DNA of 64,000 bases, taken from positions 1,438 through 65,437 of the forward strand of contig JAICMG010000002.1 of NCBI GenBank assembly GCA_025929365.1. The letters run 5' to 3'. Both the position numbers and the translations under genes were made by a program. Position 1 is the first letter of the stretch. Every line of letters begins with the position of its first letter. Of this stretch, positions 19,156 through 27,869 are shown piece by piece. The notes under the pieces are model-generated. The model was given only the letters and a program-made list of their open reading frames with translations. It ran no database searches and was not told where the DNA came from. This DNA comes from Frankiaceae bacterium. Its GTDB lineage: Bacteria; Actinomycetota; Actinomycetes; JAFAQI01.

Positions 19156-19845
19156 GTGAGCGATTTGCGCTGCCCTCGTTGCGGCGCCGTGCTGCGGCCC
19201 GGCGACCAGTGGTGCGGGCTCTGCTTCGCCGATTTCCGCGCGCCACCGCCCGTGGTGGCCGACGTGAACCCGCCGGCGGAGGCGGCGCCGGCCGCAGGCG
19301 GCGAGCTCGCGCCGCCGCTGATCCGGCCGCCGGTCCCCGGCGCCGTGCCGCCTCAGCCTGCGGCTGCGCCGCCTCCCGCAGCGCCGCCGCCGCCCGCTCA
19401 GGTCGCGCCGCCCGCGGCGGCCGCACCGGCGCCGGTCATCCCTACGCAGCCCGCGACCCCGCTTGCCACGACGGTGACCCCGACTCCGTTCGTGCCGAGC
19501 ACCAACCCGCTTGCCGCGGCTCCCGCGGTGCCGGCCCAGCTGCCCGCCGGTGTGGAGCCGGTCGCGGCCCCGGCCGGCGAGACGGGGGCGGAGGCCGAAG
19601 CCACCCCCACATGGCCCTGTCCGCGATGCGGCGCGACGGTGCCGATGACCGATGACTACTGCGAGGCCTGCGGTCACGGATTCCTCGACGACGTCCGCGG
19701 CAAGACCAGCGTGAAGGTTCCGCTGTTCGGCGACGTCGGCAGCATGAACTCGGGCCAGAAGCTGATGATGGGCGTCTCGGTCGCCGTCGGCATCTTGCTG
19801 GTGATCCTCGCGCTGCTCGCCATCGGCGGCTCGATCTTCGGCTAG
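19156..19845 (+). CDS. double zinc-ribbon / proline-rich / C-terminal TM membrane protein
   Basis: CPRC...CGLC at the N-terminus. A second ribbon, CPRC...CEAC. Pro/Ala-rich linker. Terminal TM helix. Divergent from fadD. Confidence 0.5.
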   Translation: MSDLRCPRCGAVLRPGDQWCGLCFADFRAPPPVVADVNPPAEAAPAAGGELAPPLIRPPVPGAVPPQPAAAPPPAAPPPPAQVAPPAAAAPAPVIPTQPATPLATTVTPTPFVPSTNPLAAAPAVPAQLPAGVEPVAAPAGETGAEAEATPTWPCPRCGATVPMTDDYCEACGHGFLDDVRGKTSVKVPLFGDVGSMNSGQKLMMGVSVAVGILLVILALLAIGGSIFG

Positions 19846-19868
19846 CGCATCCTTTCTAGAATCGGCGC

Positions 19869-20633
19869 ATGCGGGTGCACGTGGTGTCAGACGTCCACGG
19901 CCGGGCTGACGCGCTCGCACGAGCCGGCGATGGCGCTGACGCCCTCATCTGCCTCGGCGATCTCGTCCTGTTCATCGACTACGACGACAACTCCGGCGGC
20001 ATCTTCGGCGAGATCTTCGGTGCCGACAACGCCATCAAGCTCATCGAGCTGCGTAGCGAACGACGCTTCGATGAGGCTCGCGAGTTCTCGCGAGGACTGT
20101 GGGCCGAGATCGGTGACCGCCAGTCGGTCATCGAGGCGGCGGTGCGACGCCAGTACGCCGAGCTGTTCACCGCGATGCCGACACCGGCGTACGTGACCTA
20201 CGGCAACGTCGACATCCCGCCGCTGTGGCCCGACTACCTCCACGACGGCATCCGCGTCCTCGACGGCGAGACGGTCACGCTCGGTGATCGCAGCTTCGGC
20301 TTCGTCGGCGGTGGGCTGCAGACACCGATGCGGACGCCGTACGAGATCAGTGACGAGGACTACGCCGCGAAGGTTGCGGCGGTCGGCGCCGTCGACGTCC
20401 TGTGCTGTCACATCCCGCCCGACATCCCTGAGCTGCTCTACGACGTGGTGGCGCGCCGGATGGAACGTGGCAGCAGCGCGGTGCTCGATGCGATCCGAGA
20501 CACGCAGCCCGACGTCGCTCTGTTCGGTCATGTGCATCAGCCGCTCGCGAGCCGGACCCGCATCGGGCGCACCGAGTGCATCAACGTCGGGCACTTCCGC
20601 GGCACCGGCACGCCGTATGCGCTGATCTGGTAG
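19869..20633 (+). CDS. metallophosphoesterase (calcineurin-like)
   Basis: VVSDVHG, GDLV, YGNVD, CHIPP and GHVH motifs in the canonical order. Confidence 0.65.
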   Translation: MRVHVVSDVHGRADALARAGDGADALICLGDLVLFIDYDDNSGGIFGEIFGADNAIKLIELRSERRFDEAREFSRGLWAEIGDRQSVIEAAVRRQYAELFTAMPTPAYVTYGNVDIPPLWPDYLHDGIRVLDGETVTLGDRSFGFVGGGLQTPMRTPYEISDEDYAAKVAAVGAVDVLCCHIPPDIPELLYDVVARRMERGSSAVLDAIRDTQPDVALFGHVHQPLASRTRIGRTECINVGHFRGTGTPYALIW

Positions 20634-20695
20634 CGGGCAGAGTTCGGTAGCGCGGCGCTAGTAAGGTCCGTCGGAACAGCCTTTAGGAGGCACCC

Positions 20696-21133
20696 GTGGC
20701 GGACGAGGCCAGCTCGAGCATTGTGATCGCGGCATCGCCGAGCGACATCATGACGGTGATCGCCGACCTCGAGTCGTATCCGGACTGGTCGACGGGGATC
20801 AAGTCCGCGACGGTGGAGGAGACGACGCCCGAAGGCCGCCCGGCGCGTGCGACGTTCGTCCTCGACGCGGGCGTCATCAAGGACACGTACACGTTGGCCT
20901 ACGAGTGGTCGGGCGACGATCGCGTGGACTGGAAGCTCGTCGGCGGCGGCACGATGCTCAAGTCTCAGGTCGGCTCGTACACGCTGAAGGAGGTCGGCGG
21001 CGGCACCGAGGCCACCTACCGCCTGACCGTGGAACTGAAGGTGCCCATGCTCGGCATGTTCAAGCGCAAGGCCGAGAAGGTGATCATCGACACCGCCTTG
21101 AAGGGCCTCAAGAAGCGCGTCGAAACCAGTTGA
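20696..21133 (+). CDS. SRPBCC family protein (polyketide cyclase/dehydrase-like; TB16.3-like)
   Basis: 145 aa with a START/Bet v1-like pattern. Position matches Rv2185c in the mycobacterial synteny. Confidence 0.65.
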   Translation: MADEASSSIVIAASPSDIMTVIADLESYPDWSTGIKSATVEETTPEGRPARATFVLDAGVIKDTYTLAYEWSGDDRVDWKLVGGGTMLKSQVGSYTLKEVGGGTEATYRLTVELKVPMLGMFKRKAEKVIIDTALKGLKKRVETS

Positions 21134-21156
21134 TTCACCGCAAGTAACCTTGCCCG

Positions 21157-22371
21157 GTGCGCGTACTGCTGTTCACCGGCAAGGGAGGCGTCGGCAAGAC
21201 CACCACGTCGGCGGCGACCGCGGCCTTCGCCGCAGCCCGCGGGCACAAGACGCTTGTGCTGTCGACCGATCCCGCGCACTCGCTGGCGGATGCATTCGGT
21301 ACGACGCTCGGCAACGAGCCGACCGAGATCGACGACGGCCTCTACGGCCAGCAGGTTGACGCGCAACACGCATTCGAAGCGAGCTGGCGCAGCGTCCAGG
21401 ACTATCTCCGCGACGTGCTCGAGCAGGGCGGCATCGATCCACTGGAGGCCGAAGAGCTCACCGTCCTTCCCGGCGCGGAGGAAGTGCTTGCGCTGCTCGA
21501 GCTGCGCGCGCAGGTGGCCGGCGGCCGATGGGATGTCGTCGTCGTCGACTGCGCGCCGACGGGGGAGACGCTGCGACTGCTTGCGTTGCCCGAGGCGCTC
21601 CGCTGGTGGATGCGCCGGGTCTATCCCGCCGATCGTCGAGTGATGCGCACGGTTCGTCCGGTGCTGTCGCACCTTGCGGGCCTGCCGTTCCCGCCCGACT
21701 CGGTCTTCGCAGCCGCGCAGCGGCTCACCGATGACCTCAGCGAAGTGCGCGAGCTGCTGACCGATCCCGCATCGACGTCGGTCCGCCTGGTGCTCACGCC
21801 TGAGTCGATGGTGGTCGCAGAAGCGCGACGGACGCTGACCTCACTGTCGCTGTTCGGCTATCGCGTCGACGGTGTGGTGGCCAACCGGGTCTTTCCCGGT
21901 GGCGACTCCGACGCGTGGCGGCAGGGGTGGGTGCAGAGCCAGCGCGCCCACCTCGCCGAGGTGCGTGCGTCATTTGCCGGCGTGCCGGTGTGGGAGGCGT
22001 CGTACGCCGCAGCGGAGCCGATCGGCCTCACCGCGCTTGCCGAGTTCGCGACGTCGACGTACGGCGGGATCGACGGCGCCGCCGCCGGCGAGGCCGATCC
22101 GCTTGCGGTCAGTGCGACCGTCGATCCGCTCAGTGTCGAACGCGTCAGTGCCGACGAGTTCGTGATGTCGATAAGCCTGCCGCACGCCGACCGTGATCAC
22201 GTCGAGCTGGTGCGCAAGGCTGACGACCTCGTCGTCACCGTGGGGCACTACCGGCGCGTGCTCGCGCTGCCCAGCGTGCTCCGGCGTTGCGTCGTCGACG
22301 GCGCGGCGCTTCGTGACGGCGCGTTGCGGGTGCGTTTCAGCGCCGATCCGGCCGTGTGGAGCCGCTCGTGA
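21157..22371 (+). CDS. ArsA family anion-transporting ATPase
   Basis: Deviant Walker A GKGGVGKTT. STDPAHSL switch motif. 404 aa. Confidence 0.8.
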   Translation: MRVLLFTGKGGVGKTTTSAATAAFAAARGHKTLVLSTDPAHSLADAFGTTLGNEPTEIDDGLYGQQVDAQHAFEASWRSVQDYLRDVLEQGGIDPLEAEELTVLPGAEEVLALLELRAQVAGGRWDVVVVDCAPTGETLRLLALPEALRWWMRRVYPADRRVMRTVRPVLSHLAGLPFPPDSVFAAAQRLTDDLSEVRELLTDPASTSVRLVLTPESMVVAEARRTLTSLSLFGYRVDGVVANRVFPGGDSDAWRQGWVQSQRAHLAEVRASFAGVPVWEASYAAAEPIGLTALAEFATSTYGGIDGAAAGEADPLAVSATVDPLSVERVSADEFVMSISLPHADRDHVELVRKADDLVVTVGHYRRVLALPSVLRRCVVDGAALRDGALRVRFSADPAVWSRS

Positions 22372-22664
22372 GCGCGTCATCGCCGGGCCCCCTCGCCGAG
22401 GAGGCGGCGCGGCTCGTCGAGGCGATCGGCGAGTGGGCACGTGGGGCGGTCGGTGATGGTCCGCTGGCCGCAGTGGGCGGGGGGGCGGAGTGTCAGATCT
22501 GCCCGCTTTGCCAGCTGATCGGGCTGGTCCGCCGTACGCAGCCCGAGACCTACGCGCATCTCGTCGATGCCGCGACGTCGATGGCGGCCGCGCTGCGCAG
22601 CGTCGTCGATCAGCACGATCACAGCCGCCCGTCCCGCGGTGTCGAACGAATCGATCTTGAATGA
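22368..22664 (+). CDS. small conserved protein with CxxCxxC motif (ArsA-associated, Rv2183c-like)
   Basis: GTGA overlap with the ArsA stop. CQICPLC motif. 98 aa. Confidence 0.45.
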   Translation: MSASSPGPLAEEAARLVEAIGEWARGAVGDGPLAAVGGGAECQICPLCQLIGLVRRTQPETYAHLVDAATSMAAALRSVVDQHDHSRPSRGVERIDLE

Positions 22665-22671
22665 ACGACGC

Positions 22672-23619
22672 ATGAGCCTGGCGATCGGGATCGACATCGG
22701 GGGGACGAAAGTAGCTGCGGGTGTCGTCGACGAGGCCGGCCGGCTGCTCGCCACCACTCGGGTCCCCACGCCGAGCCGGGATGCCGCGGCACTGATGGCG
22801 CTCGTTGCCGAGGTCGTCACCGAGCTGAGGACCGGGTACGACGTCGCCGCGGTCGGTGTCGGCGCGGCGGGGTGGGTCGACGCAGCTCGGACCACGGTGC
22901 TGTTCGCGCCGAACCTGGCCTGGCGTAACACCCCGCTGCACGCCGATCTGTCGCGGCTCGTCGATCTCCCCGTCGACGTCGAGAACGACGCCAATGCCGC
23001 TGCGTGGGGGGAGTACCGCTTCGGCGCGGGCGAGCAGGAACCCGACACGGTGGTGCTGACGATCGGCACCGGCATCGGTGCCGGCTTCATCATCGACGGC
23101 CGTCTTCGACGCGGGCGGTTCGGCATCGGTGGCGAGCCCGGTCACCTCCGCGTCGTACCGGGCGGCCGGTTGTGCGGATGCGGCAACCTGGGCTGCCTCG
23201 AGCAGTACTGCAGCGGCACCGCGTTGGTCCGCGCCGCCAGGGAGGTCGCTCGCGCGCGACCGGCGGACGCGGTGCGCCTGCTCGAGCTCGCCGGTGGCAA
23301 CCCCGAGGCGATCGACGGGCCGATGGTCACGGCGGCCGCGCAAGAGGGTGATCACGCAGCGGTCGACTGCTTTCAGGAGGTCGGGCGATGGCTCGGGCAG
23401 GGCCTGGCCGACCTCGCGGCGATCCTCGATCCCGGCCGGTTCGTGATCGGGGGTGGCGTGGCTGGCGCCGGCGAGCTGCTGCTGCGTCCGGCCCGCGACA
23501 CGTATGCCTCGGTGGTCTCCGGACGGGGATACCGCCCGCTTGCCGACGTTGTCCTGGCGCGATTGGGGGCTGACGCGGGGATGATCGGCGCGGCGGACCT
23601 GGCCCGGGAGCTGCCGTGA
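22672..23619 (+). CDS. ROK family glucokinase
   Basis: N-terminal IGIDIGGTK. ROK zinc motif CGCGNLGCLE. 315 aa from the internal Met. Confidence 0.8.
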   Translation: MSLAIGIDIGGTKVAAGVVDEAGRLLATTRVPTPSRDAAALMALVAEVVTELRTGYDVAAVGVGAAGWVDAARTTVLFAPNLAWRNTPLHADLSRLVDLPVDVENDANAAAWGEYRFGAGEQEPDTVVLTIGTGIGAGFIIDGRLRRGRFGIGGEPGHLRVVPGGRLCGCGNLGCLEQYCSGTALVRAAREVARARPADAVRLLELAGGNPEAIDGPMVTAAAQEGDHAAVDCFQEVGRWLGQGLADLAAILDPGRFVIGGGVAGAGELLLRPARDTYASVVSGRGYRPLADVVLARLGADAGMIGAADLARELP

Positions 23620-24140
23620 GCGGGGCGGTCATCAAGGTGATGTCGCTGGATGCCGGGCTGTTGCGCCGCAACCCGAGCGGCACCGTCGCGGCGGTCCGCG
23701 AGGCGGCGCCCGATGTCATCGCCGTCACGGGCGCGCCGCGCTATCAGCGGTGGCGCTCGAAGCGGGCGGCCATCGCGCGTCGGCTCGGCATGGTGGTGGC
23801 CACGGCGGACCGCCAGGGCGGCATGTTCGTGATGACGACACTGCGCGTGACGGTGGTCGATCGATCGTTCGCGCTGTCGTCGTCATCGGCCGGGACGAGC
23901 CCGGCCGTCGTCACCGCCGTCGTCGAGCTGCAGGGTCAGCGATGGTGCGTCGTCGTGGCGGCGCCGGGCGGCGCGCCCGACACTCCACCGAGCGACGTCC
24001 CGGCGATAGTGGTGGGCGGGGTGGGCGGGCCCGGTTCCATTGGTGTCGGCCGGTCCGTGACGGTCGTCTCGTGCGGGCCGGTCACGATCGCCGGTGTCGC
24101 GGAGCCTCGCCCGCCGATGCTGGCCGTCGTCCAGCGCTAA
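23616..24140 (+). CDS. hypothetical protein (degenerate endonuclease/exonuclease/phosphatase-like N-terminus)
   Basis: GTGA overlap with the glucokinase stop. IKVMSLDAG...PDVIAV resembles an EEP start. Too short (174 aa) for a complete EEP fold. Confidence 0.35.
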   Translation: MSGAVIKVMSLDAGLLRRNPSGTVAAVREAAPDVIAVTGAPRYQRWRSKRAAIARRLGMVVATADRQGGMFVMTTLRVTVVDRSFALSSSSAGTSPAVVTAVVELQGQRWCVVVAAPGGAPDTPPSDVPAIVVGGVGGPGSIGVGRSVTVVSCGPVTIAGVAEPRPPMLAVVQR

Positions 24141-24149
24141 CGGCCTCGA

Positions 24150-25382
24150 TCACGCCCGGTGATAGCCGGGTACCAGCTCGAGCGCGAGCTGCTCGAGGAA
24201 CAGGCCGATGTCGGTGACGATGCCGACGGCTTGGGCGCTCCCGCGGTCGGCGAGCTTCGTGACCGTTGCCGGGTTGATGTCGACCGCGATCAGCGGGACC
24301 GACGCCGGGAGCAGGTTGCCGGTCGCGATGGAGTGCAGCATCGTCGCCACCATGATCGCGAAGCCGACGCCCGGCAGCTGCGCCCGCATCGCGCGCTGTC
24401 CTTCGATCACGTCGGTGTAGACATCCGGAAGCGGACCGTCGTCGCGGACCGATCCCACCAGCACGAACGGCCGCCCGGCCTCGACCATCGCGTGCATCAC
24501 ACCGCTGCGGAGCACGCCGGTGTCGACGGCTTGCTTGATCGACCCGGCGGCGCGGATCGCGTTGATCGCTCTGATGTGGTGCTCGTGGCCGTGCGCCACG
24601 CCGATGCCGGCCGCCAGGTCGATGCCGAGCGACGTGCCGAACAACGACGCTTCGATGTCGTGGGTCGCGAGCGCGTTGCCGCTGAACAGGACATCCACCC
24701 AGCCCTGTTGGACGAGCGCGACCATCGGGGTCGCGGCGCCGGTATGGACGACCGCGGGGCCGGCGACCCACAGGATGCGTCCACCGTCGCTCTTCACCTC
24801 GCGCATCCGTGCGGCGATCTGGCGGACCAGCAGCGCTTGCGGTTTCTCACTCGACACCGCAGACGTCATGAACTCGAAGTCGCCCTCGACGGCCTTGTGC
24901 TCGCGTTGGGGTAGCACCACCTTGACACCGCCCGCGCCGCACACGATCTCGTCGCCGGTGCGCACGTCGCTGACCGGCACTGTGCGCACCCGGCCGCCGG
25001 TCACCAGCAGGCCGCAGTCCATCTCGGGCTGTTCGACCGGCACCCACTGGCCACCGAGCCGTACGACGGTCTCGAGATTGGTCGTCGAGTAGAAGCTGTC
25101 GGGGAAGACGCCGTCTGCGGGCGCCGGCACCGTGGTGGCCTCGCCGGGGTCGACCTGGTTCACGCCATGCACCTGCAGGCGCATCAGGATCCGGGCGAGC
25201 TGGTCGGCGTTCTCCGCGCCGACGATGATCACCGCGTGTGACTCGTCAGCGTGTGCCCTGCCGAGGTCGATCCGGTCGACCGTGTAGTCGCCGCCGTAGT
25301 CGAGGACGTCGTCGAGCACCCGCGCCAGCACGCCTGAGTCCATCAGGTGGCCGGTGATCTCCACCGTCTCGCTGACCAGCAC
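24150..25382 (-). CDS. TIGR00300 / LOR-SDH-like family protein (ornithine cyclodeaminase or ArgZ C-domain-related)
   Basis: 410 aa with the conserved GHEHH and GSVRDDGPLP regions, as I recall for the family. Confidence 0.55.
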   Translation of the reverse strand: MLVSETVEITGHLMDSGVLARVLDDVLDYGGDYTVDRIDLGRAHADESHAVIIVGAENADQLARILMRLQVHGVNQVDPGEATTVPAPADGVFPDSFYSTTNLETVVRLGGQWVPVEQPEMDCGLLVTGGRVRTVPVSDVRTGDEIVCGAGGVKVVLPQREHKAVEGDFEFMTSAVSSEKPQALLVRQIAARMREVKSDGGRILWVAGPAVVHTGAATPMVALVQQGWVDVLFSGNALATHDIEASLFGTSLGIDLAAGIGVAHGHEHHIRAINAIRAAGSIKQAVDTGVLRSGVMHAMVEAGRPFVLVGSVRDDGPLPDVYTDVIEGQRAMRAQLPGVGFAIMVATMLHSIATGNLLPASVPLIAVDINPATVTKLADRGSAQAVGIVTDIGLFLEQLALELVPGYHRA

Positions 25383-25407
25383 CGCCTCACCCTAGGAAAG
25401 AACTTGG

Positions 25408-26133
25408 CTACACGACAGCGCCGTCGTCCCAACCGGAGTCGGTGGGCGGGCCGTTCCTGACGTTCCACACGAGCGCGAGGCCGCCGCCGATGATCGCGAG
25501 GATGGCGAGCCATGCGAGGCTGCCGCCGTCGAAGTTGGTGCCCAGCACCACGAGACCGAGCGCGATGGCCGCCAGCGCGCCGACCGTGATGCCTCGCAAC
25601 CTAGGCATCGGCGGGGCCGGCGGCGGCACGAAGTGCTCGTCGTCGACCTCGACCGGCTCGGTGGCGAGCCCCTCGAGGTCGAGCCCCTCGAGCGGGATGT
25701 CGTCGAGGTGGGCGGGGCGACGCGACTCCGTGACGTTCTCCCGGCTGGGCCAGGTTGCCGACTCGGCCGGGGCTCGAAGCGTTGCGAGCAAGCCCTGCCA
25801 GGCGGCATCGACATCGACATCGGGTTCGGGCCGGGGAGGCGGTGATGCGGGCTCCGCTTCGGCGCGCTCCAGGCCGACCAGCTCGATCGCGCGCTCGGAC
25901 TTCGTCGTGTCGACGTAGAGCCGATCCGTCATGCGCGCCGGGAGGCGCAGCTCGAGGTAGCCGCCTCGCGATGCGGGCGTGGGCAGCGCGTACGCGGCGA
26001 TCCCTTCGGCGCGAAGCGTGTCCAACATCGCGTCGGCGATCCGCGGATCGAGGTCGCCGACGGCAACGTAGGCACCGCAGCGGAGACCGTTGTCGCGAGC
26101 CCCCGACCTCGGCCCGGGTCCCGGCTCGGTCAT
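25408..26133 (-). CDS. hypothetical membrane protein (acidic N-region, C-terminal double TM)
   Basis: C-terminal hydrophobic helices ITVGALAAIALGLVVLG and LAWLAILAIIGGGLALVW. Confidence 0.45.
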   Translation of the reverse strand: MTEPGPGPRSGARDNGLRCGAYVAVGDLDPRIADAMLDTLRAEGIAAYALPTPASRGGYLELRLPARMTDRLYVDTTKSERAIELVGLERAEAEPASPPPRPEPDVDVDAAWQGLLATLRAPAESATWPSRENVTESRRPAHLDDIPLEGLDLEGLATEPVEVDDEHFVPPPAPPMPRLRGITVGALAAIALGLVVLGTNFDGGSLAWLAILAIIGGGLALVWNVRNGPPTDSGWDDGAVV

Positions 26134-26146
26134 GGCGTCCCCGACC

Positions 26147-26971
26147 TCATGACGCCGGTGCGGTCGCCGAGTGCGCGTGGACGAAGGACAGCGACTCCTC
26201 GACGATTCGCGGGAGATCGTTGTCGAGCGTCGCGACGTGGAAGCTGTCCTCGAGCCAGATGTGGCACTTGTCCGTGGATCCGGCTCCGGCGATCAGCCGA
26301 TCCGAGTTGGCCGGCTCCACGACGTGGTCGTGACGGCTGGTGAGGACCAGCATCGGGGTGGTGATCCGCGCCAGGTCGGCATTGGCGAGCTTCCACAGCA
26401 CGGCGAGCTGGTAGGCGGCGCCGAGGGGAAGCTTCTGGTAGGCGGGCTCGACCACGCCGGGCTTCTTGATGTCGCTCGCGATTGGCGGGAGTGACGGCAC
26501 GAAGCGGCGCAGCAGTGGCAGCAGCTTGGCGTCCTTGCGCGTCGTGAACAGCGACGGGTTGACCAGCACGATTCCTGCGAGGTCGTTGCTGCGCTCCTCG
26601 GCCAGCCGGATCGTGAGCGTGCCCCCCATCGACAGCCCCATGACGAAGGTCGACGCGCAGCGTGCCCGGACCTCGTCCACGCAACCCTCCAGGGTGGCGT
26701 ACCAGTCCTGCCAGGTCACCCGGTTGGCGTCCTGCCAGCGGGTGCCATGACCGGGCAGGAGGGGGACCCGGACCGTGAGTCCGGCCGCGGCGAGGGCTTC
26801 GGCCCATGGCCGGAGGCTGCCGGGCATCCCGGTGAGGCCGTGACACAGCACCACGCCGACCGGGCCGCCATCCTTCGCGTACGCCGCGGCGTCAACAGGA
26901 GAAAATCCGATGCCCACGCAACGATCGTCGCATGACGGGCGAGTAACTTCCGCGGTCGCTAAGATCGGCAT
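26147..26971 (-). CDS. alpha/beta hydrolase (esterase/lysophospholipase-like)
   Basis: HGLTG oxyanion region. Nucleophile elbow GLSMGG. The start within the ORF is uncertain. Confidence 0.6.
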   Translation of the reverse strand: MPILATAEVTRPSCDDRCVGIGFSPVDAAAYAKDGGPVGVVLCHGLTGMPGSLRPWAEALAAAGLTVRVPLLPGHGTRWQDANRVTWQDWYATLEGCVDEVRARCASTFVMGLSMGGTLTIRLAEERSNDLAGIVLVNPSLFTTRKDAKLLPLLRRFVPSLPPIASDIKKPGVVEPAYQKLPLGAAYQLAVLWKLANADLARITTPMLVLTSRHDHVVEPANSDRLIAGAGSTDKCHIWLEDSFHVATLDNDLPRIVEESLSFVHAHSATAPAS

Positions 26972-27080
26972 TCCAGACCGAGGACTACCTTTCCGGCCAT
27001 CGCTTGCTTATGGTCCGTTCAGGTAGGGCAGAGAGAGTCGGAATCGCCGCCGCTGCGACGGGCTGAAGGGAGGGTCGAGG

Positions 27081-27830
27081 GTGTTCTACTGGTTCCTCAA
27101 GCACATCGCGCTCGGCCCCATCCTCAAGACGTTGTTCCGACCGTGGGTCGAGGGTGCGGAGAACCTTCCGACAACGGGTGGCGCCATCCTGGCCAGCAAC
27201 CACCTGTCGTTCTCGGACTCGTTCTTCCTGCCGCTCGAGGTCGAGCGTCGGGTGACGTTCCTTGCCAAGGGCGATTACTTCACGGGCAAAGGAATCAAGG
27301 GCAAGCTGACGGCGGCGTTCTTCCGCGGCATCAACCAGGTGCCGGTCGATCGAAGTGGCGGGCGTGCCAGTGAGGCGGCGCTGCGCAAGGGCGTCGAGAT
27401 CCTCAACCGCGGCGAGCTGCTCGGCATCTACCCGGAGGGCACCCGCTCGCCCGACGGCCGGCTTTACCGTGGCAAGACCGGCATCGCGCGCATGGCGCTC
27501 GAGGCGGGCGTGCCGGTGATCCCGGTCGCGATGATCAACACCTTCGACATCCAGCCGCCCGGCCAGGTCATCCCGCGGATCATGCGGGTCGGCATCAAGA
27601 TCGGCAAGCCGCTCGACTTCTCCCGTTACGCGGGCATGGAGGACGACCGCTTCGTGCTGCGCTCGATCACCGACGAGATCATGTACGAGCTGATGCTGCT
27701 GTCCGGTCAGGAGTACGTCGACACCTACGCCGCGAAGGCGAAGGAAGAGATCGCCGACGCCCGCGCCGCGGCCCATGAGGCGCTCGTCGCCGGTGCGCCG
27801 GACTACGCGCTGGCTCGCAAGGCGTCCTAG
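27081..27830 (+). CDS. plsC: 1-acyl-sn-glycerol-3-phosphate acyltransferase
   Basis: NHLSFSDS (HX4D) and FPEGTRS acyltransferase motifs. Confidence 0.8.
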   Translation: MFYWFLKHIALGPILKTLFRPWVEGAENLPTTGGAILASNHLSFSDSFFLPLEVERRVTFLAKGDYFTGKGIKGKLTAAFFRGINQVPVDRSGGRASEAALRKGVEILNRGELLGIYPEGTRSPDGRLYRGKTGIARMALEAGVPVIPVAMINTFDIQPPGQVIPRIMRVGIKIGKPLDFSRYAGMEDDRFVLRSITDEIMYELMLLSGQEYVDTYAAKAKEEIADARAAAHEALVAGAPDYALARKAS

Positions 27831-27869
27831 GCCCGGCGGGAAGCCGGCTCGTTCAGTAGCGTCCCGCCC

